Source: Spirochaetales bacterium
GTDB lineage: Bacteria; Spirochaetota; Spirochaetia; Sphaerochaetales; Sphaerochaetaceae
Assembly (NCBI GenBank): GCA_028719825.1
Contig: JAQYLW010000082.1
Location: 1 to 47,179, forward strand
Direction of reading: 5' to 3'
Length of the DNA stretch: 47,179 bases
In this document: one piece after another, positions 36,881-46,295 of the stretch
Numbering within the stretch: the first letter of the stretch is position 1
How the letters are laid out: the number at the start of each line of letters is the position of its first letter
Notes under the pieces: generated by a model
The model's input: the letters and a program-made list of their open reading frames with translations, nothing else
The model's database searches: none
Told to the model about the DNA's origin: nothing
Position numbers and translations under genes: made by a program

Positions 36881-37159
36881 AACTTGTGAATAAGCTGTTA
36901 ATAAGTTGTTAATATATTAAGAAATTTATGTTTATATCTTGTTAATTAATATAAATTTTATCCACATTTTATCAACATATATTAACAGCTAAAATCTTAT
37001 TTATTCACTTTCATTAACAGATGTTAACACTTCATCCACAAGTTATTAATAATTGTATTTTCTTATAAATTAATAATATAATTCATCTATCCACAAAAAT
37101 TGCGGACATTATTACTATTAATTTATATATAAAATAAAAATAATAGAGGGAGAAATTTT
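36881..37159. other. Putative oriC (dnaA-dnaN intergenic region): DnaA boxes plus an AT-rich unwinding region
   Basis: One perfect TTATCCACA at 36958..36966. One-mismatch boxes at 36885..36893 (TGTGAATAA, reverse), 37032..37040 (TCATCCACA) and 37087..37095 (CTATCCACA). A weaker TTATTCACT lies at 37001..37009. A nearly pure A/T stretch at 37096..37150 sits just before dnaN. Confidence 0.7.
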
Positions 37160-38275
37160 ATGAAATTTACTTGTGATTCAACCTTACTTCAAAACATTTT
37201 GCAAAATTCACTTGATTTCTGTTCCCAGAAGTCTATATCCAATTCATCTTTTGTATTACTTACCCTAAACAATAGTTTACTTAATATAAGAACAACTGAT
37301 GGAAAGATGGGGTTTGATTCTTCTATAAACGTAAAAGGGGAAGAAAACGGTTCAATTGCTCTTCCCTGTGATAAGTTTTTAAATATAATTAAAACCTTCA
37401 ACAGTGAGAATATAGTATTAGAAAATAAAGATGAGAGTTTTTTATATATAAAAAGTGAAAACAAAGCATCAAATTTTAAAATTAAATATAATGATTCCTC
37501 TATTTTTCCTAAAAGAGAAGAAGTGGAAGGAAAGAAAGATATAGAAATAGAAAGTACTAAATTTATTAATATGATAAATCAATCCATTATATCAGTAAAT
37601 GAAACATATGCTGAGGATAATAAGGCAGTGTTTAACGGTGTATTAATGGATATTGAAAAAAACAAAATCAACATGGTATCCACAGACGGTAAAAGTATGT
37701 CTTACATCCAAATTGAAAAAAAATGTGAGCCGAGCGCCGAAGGGAAAAAAATAGTAATACCGGCAAGATTTTTAAAAGAAGTAAGTAAAATATTTAAAAT
37801 AGAGGAATTCTTGAATATTTACATAAGAGAAAATGCAATATTTATAAAAAACAGCAATACTCTTATTTACAGCAGTTTATATAAGGGACAATTTCCAAAT
37901 TATAAAAGAGTTTTAGATGCAAATACGGAATACTGCCTTGTATATAAAGTTGAGGATATGCTCCAAGCTTTAAGAAAAGTAATATTAATGGCAGATAATT
38001 CTAATAAAAGAATAATATTTAAAATAAAAAAGGGTTTAACCACAATATCCTCCGTAGATAATGATTTAGGATCAGCAAGTGATGAATTAGAGAACAACTT
38101 TGAAGGAGAAGAAGTTAAATTTGCACTTAACTACAGTTATTTACTAAATCAGGTAAAGGCCTTAACAAGTGATTATCTAAAAATGGAATTCACTAACAGT
38201 GACTGCCAGATAAGAATAAGACCTACAAATGAAGAAAACTACGTTCATATAATAATGCCCATGAGTTTAAATTAA
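37160..38275 (+). CDS. dnaN: DNA polymerase III beta sliding clamp
   Basis: 371 aa. The N-terminus MKFTCDSTLLQNILQNSL...LLNIRTTDGKM follows the DnaN pattern. Its position after dnaA/oriC fits. AGGGAG RBS. Confidence 0.9.
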   Translation: MKFTCDSTLLQNILQNSLDFCSQKSISNSSFVLLTLNNSLLNIRTTDGKMGFDSSINVKGEENGSIALPCDKFLNIIKTFNSENIVLENKDESFLYIKSENKASNFKIKYNDSSIFPKREEVEGKKDIEIESTKFINMINQSIISVNETYAEDNKAVFNGVLMDIEKNKINMVSTDGKSMSYIQIEKKCEPSAEGKKIVIPARFLKEVSKIFKIEEFLNIYIRENAIFIKNSNTLIYSSLYKGQFPNYKRVLDANTEYCLVYKVEDMLQALRKVILMADNSNKRIIFKIKKGLTTISSVDNDLGSASDELENNFEGEEVKFALNYSYLLNQVKALTSDYLKMEFTNSDCQIRIRPTNEENYVHIIMPMSLN

Positions 38276-38276
38276 A

Positions 38277-39353
38277 ATGACTATAAAAAGTATAGGAATT
38301 AAGAACTTCAGAGCATTAGAAGAAGTAAAATTATATACCGACGGAGATTGCGTAATTTTTATAGGAAATAACGGGGATGGAAAGACAAGTATATTAGAAG
38401 CAATATACTATTGTCTTACATCCTCTTCCTTTAGAGCAAAAGAAAATAAATATTTAATAAGAAAGAATAAAGAAGGATTTAATATAAAACTAAATATTTC
38501 AGAAGGAGAAAGAGATTATATAATAGATTCTTCCTATAACGGAATTGAGAAAAAAATATTGATAAATGATAAACAAATTTCCGACAGAAGAGAATTAATA
38601 TATAATTTTCCATGTATTCCTTTTATTTCAGAAGATATAAATTTTATAATCGGTAATCCATCTGAAAAAAGAAAATTCTTTGATCAGGTAATATCATTAA
38701 CTGACGAGGAATATTTGAGAAGCATAAAAAAATATAAAGGCTATATTACCGAAAGAAACAGATTGTTAAAACTAACGGATAAGAGCTTGTTCTATATAAA
38801 TGATGAAAATATAGCTTCAACAAATGTTTCTATTCAAAAAAAGAGAAAAGAAGCAGTAAATAAAATAAACAGAATATTAGAAGAAAATTATCAACTGTTT
38901 TTTGAAAAAGAAAACAATATAAAAATAGAGTATAAGCAAAACATAGAATCAGATGATAAAGAAGTTATCATGAGAGTATTATATGACAACCGCGACAAAG
39001 ATATTGAAAGAATGTCCACACAAAGAGGAGTACATCGCGATGAGTTTATAATAAGAAATGGAGGGGATAACTACATTAATTATGCATCAAAAGGACAATT
39101 ACGACTCCTTGCTCTTTTATACAGATATGCTCAAATAAAGTACATAAACGAGCAAACCGGCAAAAAACCGTTTGTTTTAATAGATGATGTGTTTTTGGAA
39201 TTAGACAAAGAGAGAAGAAAAGTGTTTTTTGAAAAACTGGAAGGATATTCCGAATTGTTTTTAACATTTCTTCCGGGCGAAAATTACTATAATAATAAAG
39301 ACATAAAAAATGTTTTTTACACTATTAACAAGGGAATAATTTCAAAATTATGA
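38277..39353 (+). CDS. recF: DNA replication and repair protein RecF
   Basis: Walker A GNNGDGKTSILEAI, signature SKGQLRLLAL, Walker B VLIDDVFLELD. Confidence 0.9.
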   Translation: MTIKSIGIKNFRALEEVKLYTDGDCVIFIGNNGDGKTSILEAIYYCLTSSSFRAKENKYLIRKNKEGFNIKLNISEGERDYIIDSSYNGIEKKILINDKQISDRRELIYNFPCIPFISEDINFIIGNPSEKRKFFDQVISLTDEEYLRSIKKYKGYITERNRLLKLTDKSLFYINDENIASTNVSIQKKRKEAVNKINRILEENYQLFFEKENNIKIEYKQNIESDDKEVIMRVLYDNRDKDIERMSTQRGVHRDEFIIRNGGDNYINYASKGQLRLLALLYRYAQIKYINEQTGKKPFVLIDDVFLELDKERRKVFFEKLEGYSELFLTFLPGENYYNNKDIKNVFYTINKGIISKL

Positions 39354-39712
39354 AAAAAAACAATGTATTATTTTTTAATGAAGAAAAATCCATATTTCAA
39401 AATTCATCGGTTTTGATAAAAAAAATAGAAAAAGAAATTTTACCCGAAAGAGGATATATGTATGAAATAAGCAAGAATTGGAATGATATAATAAAATCCA
39501 AGTTTATTAATGAAAGCCAGCAAGAACTTCTGTTGAAATACACATATCCCTCTTGTTTAAAAAGATACAGCAAGGCACTATCATACGGCCTATATATAAA
39601 ATGTAAGCACAGTGAAGTAAAATCCGTTATATTGGCTAATGAGGATAGAATTATCAGCAATATAAACTCCATGTTTAATATGGTTGTGGTAAGCAAAATC
39701 AAAATAGTGTAA
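39350..39712 (+). CDS. DUF721-like small protein (the family that includes DciA)
   Basis: 120 aa with an ATGA overlap with the recF stop. It occupies the canonical post-recF position of DUF721 genes. The pattern ISKNWNDII...GLYIKCKHSEVKSVILANEDRIISNIN...VSKIKI fits loosely (W..I....L.V...S....el......i...in....i..i.f). The call rests on position and pattern only. Confidence 0.45.
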   Translation: MKKNNVLFFNEEKSIFQNSSVLIKKIEKEILPERGYMYEISKNWNDIIKSKFINESQQELLLKYTYPSCLKRYSKALSYGLYIKCKHSEVKSVILANEDRIISNINSMFNMVVVSKIKIV

Positions 39713-39714
39713 TG

Positions 39715-39743
39715 TTGACTTGTAAAATGAAAACAAATATAAT
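39715..39743 (+). promoter_or_regulatory. Near-consensus sigma70 promoter for the rpmH-rnpA-yidC-jag operon
   Basis: TTGACT (39715..39720), a 17-nt spacer, then TATAAT (39738..39743), about 80 nt upstream of rpmH. Confidence 0.55.
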
Positions 39744-39825
39744 CTTATTCCGTGTGTTGTTAATTTCACTTTTTTATAAAGATTGAAATGCTAACTTAAA
39801 GATATTATTAAAATGGAGATAATAT

Positions 39826-39993
39826 ATGAGCAATAAGGGCAAAAGAACTTATCAGCCAAGCAAAACCAAAAGAAATCGTAAATTTGGATTTAGGGCAAGA
39901 ATGGCAACAAAAGGCGGAAGATTAGTACTCGCCAGACGTAGAGCAAAGGGTAGACGAAAACTTACTGTCTGCGATGAGAAAAAGCCATACTGA
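39826..39993 (+). CDS. rpmH: 50S ribosomal protein L34 (55 aa, with a short C-terminal extension)
   Basis: Own translation: [62 protein letters not shown]. It is below the apparent length cutoff of the ORF track (nothing under 60 aa is listed). Confidence 0.9.
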   Translation: MSNKGKRTYQPSKTKRNRKFGFRARMATKGGRLVLARRRAKGRRKLTVCDEKKPY

Positions 39994-40342
39994 TTCTGTA
40001 ATTTCACTAAAAAATAAAAAAGATATAAGTAATATCTTTGAGAGTGGAAAAGTAAAATATATAGACGGAATAGGCATAAGGATTATTAATAATGAAGAGG
40101 AATGTAACAGAGTCGTTATAATTCCTCTTCACGGTTACGGAAACGCCGTACAACGAAATAAAATCAAACGCAGAATCAGAGAAATACTAAGACAGTGGAA
40201 TATCTGTATGGATAAAGGCTACGATATAGCCGTGATTATTAAAAAAACTGAACAAAATACAAATTTTAATCAATTAAAAAACAAAGTTATGGTGTTGCTT
40301 AGCCGGTTTAAAATTCTAAATGAAGGAATAATTAAATCATGA
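39974..40342 (+). CDS. rnpA: Ribonuclease P protein component
   Basis: RNR motif [17 protein letters not shown]; 122 aa; directly after rpmH with a 20-nt overlap. Confidence 0.85.
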   Translation: MRKSHTDSVISLKNKKDISNIFESGKVKYIDGIGIRIINNEEECNRVVIIPLHGYGNAVQRNKIKRRIREILRQWNICMDKGYDIAVIIKKTEQNTNFNQLKNKVMVLLSRFKILNEGIIKS

Positions 40343-42168
40343 GTAAAAATTCTACTAAGGCCATATTGATAATTGTCATTACACTGCTTACTGCAGCTCT
40401 TATAGGTTCCATTATCATAAGTATAAATAAAAAGGGCAAAACTGATATTAAAAGCAATGCAGAAGTCCAAGAAGTAAGTTCTGTTAGCATCCAAGAAAGT
40501 ACAGTTAACCAAAGACGGTTTATTCCCGTAAACAATAACAAACAAAATAAATTGTTTAATTTTGAAACCCCGGTTTATAAAATTGTTTTTGATTCTGCAG
40601 GTGCAAGTGTTAAATCCATTATTTTAAAAGAATACAGCGAAGCTGATAAGGAATTGGATTTAATACTCAAAAGCAAGGATTCAGACAGAGCCTTTATGCT
40701 GTACGAGGGCAGAAAGATAAACAATAATGCTCTTCCCATAGATGCTCAATTTGATTACAGCATAGACAGTAACAATAACATCATCTTTGAAAATGATTTT
40801 TATCTTGCGGATAAAGATGGAAAAGCAACAGACAAGGTTGTTAAGATAAAAAAGACTTACAAAATTGGTGAAAAAGAATACATGATAGCCATAAAGGTAG
40901 ATGTAATTCCTGTAAACTGCAGTATTTCTGATATAGACGGATATATCTATTCTATAGGATTTGAACCACAAATAGGGCCGGAGTTTTCTTCATCATCCAG
41001 TAAGCAGAGCGGGCAAAATATTAGAAATTTCCACATCAAATTACAGAATAAGAAAAAAGCATCTTTGGTTGGTTTTTCCGGAAATTTATTTACATATGAA
41101 CAGCCCTTTGAATGGTTTGAGCTGACCGGAAAGTATTTCAGTTATATAATTGCTCCTCAAGGCGAAAATTTTCATATATCGGCCATTAAGGAAGGAAGTG
41201 AAAAAGAGAAAAATTTGACCTCATCATCCTATCTTGCAAGAACCTATCAGGATGGACAGATAACGGATATATTCAACATATATTTAGGACCTCAGCTTAA
41301 AAATAAAATGAATGTTTTCAACAGACCTCAGGATAACTCATTTGGAGTAAAGGATCTGTACTTTGAAAAAGGACTTGAAAGCGGAGGAATGTTCAATTGG
41401 TTACAAATAGTGTTAAAGTGGATAATGACCTTGTTTTATTCCATAATACCCAACTGGGGTGTTTCAATAATACTTCTGACATTATTTATCAAAATATTGC
41501 TTTTCCCGCTTCAGCAAAAAAGCTTGAAATCATCCGCAAGAATGGGAGAAGTATCACCCAAGCTTAAAGAGATAAAGGAAAAGTACAAGGACGATCCTGA
41601 AAAAATGAATGCTGCCACCATGGCGTTGTATAAAGAAGCTGATATTCATCCGTTTATGAGTTTTATTCCAACGTTGATTCAGTTTCCTATTCTTCTTGCC
41701 ATGTATGGATTGCTTAATAAACATTTTGAATTAAGAGGAGCTATGTTTATTCCCGGATGGATAATGGATCTGTCAGCTCCCGAATCGGTTTTGAGTTTTC
41801 CGTTTACTATTCCTTTTATAGGGAATGAGCTCCATTTGCTTCCGATTATTTATCTTGCCACTATGATGTTATTAATGATTTATACTCAAAAAAGCACAGG
41901 TGGCGCTAATAATGGTGCGATGCAAATATTTATGACTTACTTTTTCCCGATTATATTCTTTTTTGTACTTTACAATACCTCATCCGGATTACTGTTGTAT
42001 TGGACAATGTCAAACGTGTTTTCAATTATTCAACAATTCTTTACAAATGTTTTTACCAAGAAAAAGAAAGTTGAACAAAAGATAAAAGCGGAAAAACAAG
42101 ATAAGGAACACAAACCAACTCTATATTCCGGTGTTCTTCCACCAAAAGCAAAAAGAAAGGAGAAATAA
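40339..42168 (+). CDS. yidC: Membrane protein insertase YidC
   Basis: N-terminal TM segment, a large periplasmic domain, and a conserved C-terminal core (LLTLFIKILLFPLQQKSLKSSARMGEVSPKLKEIKEKYKDDPEKMNAATMALYKEADIHPF...). ATGA overlap with rnpA. Confidence 0.9.
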   Translation: MSKNSTKAILIIVITLLTAALIGSIIISINKKGKTDIKSNAEVQEVSSVSIQESTVNQRRFIPVNNNKQNKLFNFETPVYKIVFDSAGASVKSIILKEYSEADKELDLILKSKDSDRAFMLYEGRKINNNALPIDAQFDYSIDSNNNIIFENDFYLADKDGKATDKVVKIKKTYKIGEKEYMIAIKVDVIPVNCSISDIDGYIYSIGFEPQIGPEFSSSSSKQSGQNIRNFHIKLQNKKKASLVGFSGNLFTYEQPFEWFELTGKYFSYIIAPQGENFHISAIKEGSEKEKNLTSSSYLARTYQDGQITDIFNIYLGPQLKNKMNVFNRPQDNSFGVKDLYFEKGLESGGMFNWLQIVLKWIMTLFYSIIPNWGVSIILLTLFIKILLFPLQQKSLKSSARMGEVSPKLKEIKEKYKDDPEKMNAATMALYKEADIHPFMSFIPTLIQFPILLAMYGLLNKHFELRGAMFIPGWIMDLSAPESVLSFPFTIPFIGNELHLLPIIYLATMMLLMIYTQKSTGGANNGAMQIFMTYFFPIIFFFVLYNTSSGLLLYWTMSNVFSIIQQFFTNVFTKKKKVEQKIKAEKQDKEHKPTLYSGVLPPKAKRKEK

Positions 42169-42169
42169 T

Positions 42170-42895
42170 ATGTTCAAGGATTATGTAGGAGAAACTGAAG
42201 AGGACGCTATAAATACGGCAATAGAAGATTTACACATAGAAAGGGCTGATTTTGACGTTGAAGTTTTAAAAACCGTTAAAAAAGGACTGTTTAAAAAAGG
42301 AAGTGTCACCATTCGAGTGTATGTTGGAGAGCATAATGATTCTCCCAAACTTACCGAATTTACTGATGAAGAGCCTTATGAAAACATTGAAATAGAGGAG
42401 AGCATTGTAAAAAACACATCAAGTAATCCTCTTCCGGAAAATGAGATTGAAGAAAAAGTTGTGAATTTCTTAATTGAACTTGTGAATAAAACAGGATTTG
42501 AAAAAGTTCAGTTTGAAATAACATCAAGAGATGATGACAAACTCACAGTTGCTCTTATTTCCGATGACAGTGCATTGCTGATAGGCCGACACGGACAGAA
42601 TCTTGATGCAATACAGGTAATAGTAAATGCTTACTATCTGCAGCTGAAGGACAATTCTTATAAGAGAATAGTGCTTGACTCCGAAAATTACAGAATAAGA
42701 AGAGAAGAAAGCCTTGTAAAAACAGCATACTATGTTGCTCGTCGAGTTCGCGCAAGCGGTAAAAGTGCATTATTAGAACCTATGAACTCATATGAAAGAA
42801 GAATAGTACACAGAGCTCTTGATGAATTTCCCGGAGTAAAAACAGAATCCGAAGGTGAAGGGGCAATTAAAACTATACGAGTTATACCGGAGTAG
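42170..42895 (+). CDS. jag: Jag/KhpB-type RNA-binding protein (Jag_N + KH + R3H)
   Basis: The start is the ATG at 42170 after AAAGGAG (MFKDYVGETEEDAINTAIEDL). KH-like LLIGRHGQNLDAIQ and R3H SYERRIVHRAL are present. Confidence 0.85.
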   Translation: MFKDYVGETEEDAINTAIEDLHIERADFDVEVLKTVKKGLFKKGSVTIRVYVGEHNDSPKLTEFTDEEPYENIEIEESIVKNTSSNPLPENEIEEKVVNFLIELVNKTGFEKVQFEITSRDDDKLTVALISDDSALLIGRHGQNLDAIQVIVNAYYLQLKDNSYKRIVLDSENYRIRREESLVKTAYYVARRVRASGKSALLEPMNSYERRIVHRALDEFPGVKTESEGEGAIKTIRVIPE

Positions 42896-42897
42896 GA

Positions 42898-44070
42898 ATG
42901 GATTACGCTAAAGAATCTTTGCGCTTACACGAAGAATGGAAAGGCAAAATAGAGGTTATATCCACAGTTAAGGCAGATTCAACAGAAGCACTTTCTTTGG
43001 CATATACGCCGGGAGTTGCAGAACCTTGCAAGGCAATTCAGAAGGATATAAACAAGTCTTATACTCTTACACGCCGTCATAACCTATGCGCAGTAATAAC
43101 AGACGGCTCTGCCGTGTTGGGCCTTGGCGATATAGGCCCCGAAGCAGGAATGCCTGTTATGGAGGGGAAGTGTGTTCTTTTTAAAACATTTGGTGATGTT
43201 GATGCTTTCCCTATATGCGTAAAAACCCAAGATGTAGATGAATTTGTAAATACCGTTTACAACATTTCAGGTTCGTTTGGCGGAATTAACCTTGAAGATA
43301 TTGCTGCTCCAAGATGTTTTGAGATAGAAGAAAAGCTAAAGAAAAAATGCGATATTCCCATATTTCACGACGATCAACACGGCACGGCAATCATTACCCT
43401 TGCAGGGCTGTCTAATGCGCTAAAAGTAGTTAACAAAACAAAAGAGAACGTCAAAATAGTTACATCAGGTGCAGGGGCTGCCGCAATAGCTATTGTAAAA
43501 TTGCTGTTGAGCGCAGGGTATAAAAACATAACAATGTGCGACAGATCCGGAGCGATTTATAAAGGAAGAGAAAATCTAAACTCTATCAAACAACAGATGG
43601 CTCTTGTAACAAACCCAGATATGAAAAAGGGCGCTTTATCGGATGTTATAAAGGGTGCTGATGTGTTTATCGGCGTGTCTGCACCGGGTGTTCTTACAAA
43701 AGAGATGGTTAAAACGATGGCTGTGAACTCCATAGTATTTGCATGTGCAAACCCCACACCCGAAATATTTCCCTCAGATGCCAAGGATGGCGGAGCTAAG
43801 GTTGTAGCAACAGGCAGAAGTGACTATCCAAATCAGATAAATAACGTACTTGCATTCCCCGGAATATTTCGCGGAGTATTTGATGTTAGGGCAAGAGAGA
43901 TAAACGAAGAGATGAAATTAGCTGCAGCAAATGCTTTACAAAATCTTGTAAGCGACGATGAATTGAATGCCGATTATATTATTCCAAAGGCATTTGATAA
44001 AAGAGTAGGAGCGGCAGTTGCTAAAGCAGTTAGAGAAGCCGCAATTAAAACAGGAGTTGCAAGAATCTAA
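42898..44070 (+). CDS. NAD(P)-dependent malic enzyme (short form, no PTA domain)
   Basis: [62 protein letters not shown] and SGAGAAAIA. Confidence 0.9.
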   Translation: MDYAKESLRLHEEWKGKIEVISTVKADSTEALSLAYTPGVAEPCKAIQKDINKSYTLTRRHNLCAVITDGSAVLGLGDIGPEAGMPVMEGKCVLFKTFGDVDAFPICVKTQDVDEFVNTVYNISGSFGGINLEDIAAPRCFEIEEKLKKKCDIPIFHDDQHGTAIITLAGLSNALKVVNKTKENVKIVTSGAGAAAIAIVKLLLSAGYKNITMCDRSGAIYKGRENLNSIKQQMALVTNPDMKKGALSDVIKGADVFIGVSAPGVLTKEMVKTMAVNSIVFACANPTPEIFPSDAKDGGAKVVATGRSDYPNQINNVLAFPGIFRGVFDVRAREINEEMKLAAANALQNLVSDDELNADYIIPKAFDKRVGAAVAKAVREAAIKTGVARI

Positions 44071-44072
44071 AG

Positions 44073-45491
44073 CTATTTAGGAATATATAAGGTAAATTCC
44101 GAGCCTTTGTTGTTTCCTTTGCTGTCTGCCGTAGTTTTTCCCTTATGAAGTTCCGCAATGTGTTTTACTATAGACAGCCCCAATCCGGTTCCGCCGGACG
44201 ATCTTGATCGTGACTTATCGACTCTGTAAAACCTCTCAAATATTCGGTTTATGTCCTTCTTGTCTATTCCTATTCCATTGTCTTTAATTTGAAAGCAAAC
44301 GTATTTTGAATCCTCATAAACTTGTAATTCAATAACAGAGTTTTCGGGGGAATATATAACGGCATTTGAAATTAGATTTGTGATTGCCTGAACCAAAAGC
44401 CCCTTATGGCAAGTAATTTTATAGTTGTCGGAAAGAGTTAATTTGCAATCAAGAGTATCAGAAGCTTTTTGTATTCGGTAGGATGATGCCTCAACAACCT
44501 CATCAATGAGTTCTTTTAAGGATACACTTGAAAACGAGTATTGTATATCAGAACACTCAAGTGATGAGAGTAAAAGCAGATCTTTTACAATGTTTTCCAT
44601 TTGAACGGAGTTTTTCAATATTATGTTCAAAAAGTTTTTTGTGTTTTCATCTTTTGAGTTTTCATCCTGCAACAATAGCTCTGTAAAGCCTTTTATTGCG
44701 GTAAGGGGAGTTTTTAATTCGTGAGAAACATTGGCAACAAAGTCTTTTCGAGTTCTTTCAAGTACGGACAGCTGATTTATTTGATCACGTATGGAAAGAG
44801 CCATGTTATTAAGCGTTTCGTACAATATTGTTATTTCTTTTATCGATGAGGACAAATGAGGGGTTTCATATTCGCCTTTATTGTATTTGTTTGCTATTTT
44901 GACTATTGAGTATATGGGCTTTGTTATATGCAAATAAACATAAATGGACAGCGCAATCATTATGGATGTAAGAATTAAAAGAAGGGGCAATAATACTACA
45001 ATGAAAGTTCTTTGGTATTGAGATATTATTTCAAATTTAGACGAAATTCTTAACACAAGATTGTCGCTGCACTTTAAAGCATAATAAATATATACATCCG
45101 AAAAGGTTGAGCTTTTTCTTTTGTCATATCCTTCATTTAAATTAAAAGCATCAATTATTTCCTTCCTGCTTATATGGTTTTCTAATGGCGTGTAATTGTC
45201 ATTGCTTTCGTATATTACATCTCCCTTTGCATCAACTGCAGTTATGCGTATATTGTTGTTTGATGAGTACTTCTTAAAAAACACATCGTCAGCTTCAGAT
45301 ATGGAACTATCACTGTTAAAATAGTCCTTTAAAAAAACCGCATGCTGCTTTAATTCTTTAAGCTTTGCATCCTTTGTTGTTTTTGAAAAAGAAACATATG
45401 CTGCAATGGTAACAAGCAATGTTGTAAGGCTAAGCAGTAAAATAGAATAAACGATGATTTCCGTTTTAAAACTTATTCTTCGTTTTCCCAC
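44073..45491 (-). CDS. Sensor histidine kinase (PhoR-like by context)
   Basis: Two TM segments flank a periplasmic domain. H-box HELKTPLTAIKGF, N-box NLISNAVIYS, G1 DNGIGI, G2 GGTGLGLSIVK. GTG start overlaps the regulator gene by 19 nt. Confidence 0.85.
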   Translation of the reverse strand: MGKRRISFKTEIIVYSILLLSLTTLLVTIAAYVSFSKTTKDAKLKELKQHAVFLKDYFNSDSSISEADDVFFKKYSSNNNIRITAVDAKGDVIYESNDNYTPLENHISRKEIIDAFNLNEGYDKRKSSTFSDVYIYYALKCSDNLVLRISSKFEIISQYQRTFIVVLLPLLLILTSIMIALSIYVYLHITKPIYSIVKIANKYNKGEYETPHLSSSIKEITILYETLNNMALSIRDQINQLSVLERTRKDFVANVSHELKTPLTAIKGFTELLLQDENSKDENTKNFLNIILKNSVQMENIVKDLLLLSSLECSDIQYSFSSVSLKELIDEVVEASSYRIQKASDTLDCKLTLSDNYKITCHKGLLVQAITNLISNAVIYSPENSVIELQVYEDSKYVCFQIKDNGIGIDKKDINRIFERFYRVDKSRSRSSGGTGLGLSIVKHIAELHKGKTTADSKGNNKGSEFTLYIPK

Positions 45492-46177
45492 TTATATCCA
45501 ACCCCCCAAACGGTTTTTATGTTGTTTGCATATTTACCGAGTTTTTTTCTAAGCGTGGCAATTTGAACATCAACGGTTCTGTCTGTTGCTATGAACTCAT
45601 TTCCTTTTGTCAATTCTGCAATTCTCGGTCTTGTGAATGTCACACCTTCGGCGTTTATAAGTGTTGTTATAATATTAAACTCCGTTGCGGTAAGATAGAT
45701 CTCCTTGCCGTCTATAAAGCACTCGTGCTTAAGGGTGTTCACCTTAAGGGTTTTATATGTAAATTCCGGTTTTGTATCTGACACGCTGTTTGAAAACACC
45801 TTATTCTTCTTTATAAGGCTTTTCACTTTAACAAGCAGTATTTTTGAACTAAAAGGTTTACATAAATAGTCATCAGCTCCAAGCTCAAGCGCCGTAACTA
45901 CATCGGATTCGTCAGTTTTTGCCGATACTATTATTACCGGAAGATCCTTCAATCCCTTTTCGTATCTAATATGTTTAAGCACATCCGAGCCGTCGATTTT
46001 AGGGAGCATCATATCAAGCAATACAAGAGAAAGATGTGAGGATGTGTCTATCGCCCTTATAGCTTCCTCTCCGTCATAAGCTTTTAACACATTGTACCCT
46101 TCGTTTTTTAAATTGTAATAAAGGAGAGCTGATATATCCTCGTCATCTTCTACAACTAAAACGGTATGCTCATTCAT
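45473..46177 (-). CDS. OmpR/PhoB-family response regulator
   Basis: Receiver motifs LVVEDDEDI, LDMMLP and IIVSAKT; winged-helix end TVWGVGYKWE. Confidence 0.9.
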   Translation of the reverse strand: MNEHTVLVVEDDEDISALLYYNLKNEGYNVLKAYDGEEAIRAIDTSSHLSLVLLDMMLPKIDGSDVLKHIRYEKGLKDLPVIIVSAKTDESDVVTALELGADDYLCKPFSSKILLVKVKSLIKKNKVFSNSVSDTKPEFTYKTLKVNTLKHECFIDGKEIYLTATEFNIITTLINAEGVTFTRPRIAELTKGNEFIATDRTVDVQIATLRKKLGKYANNIKTVWGVGYKWENEE

Positions 46178-46219
46178 GATTTACATTATAAAAGAACGAC
46201 GAATTTATAAAAAGGATGA

Positions 46220-46260
46220 TTTTAATACTTTTTTAATACTTTCTTTAAAGTCTTTTAACA
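46220..46260 (+). promoter_or_regulatory. Candidate Pho box: perfect tandem 11-bp repeat plus two further hexamers at ~11-bp phasing
   Basis: TTTTAATACTT occurs at 46220..46230 and repeats exactly at 46231..46241. Then come TTAAAG (46245) and TTAACA (46255). The element lies in the divergent regulator/pstS intergenic region, followed by a TATCAT -10-like hexamer at 46270. Confidence 0.5.
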
Positions 46261-46295
46261 TGGAAAACATATCATTTGTTACAAAAGGAGTAGAT

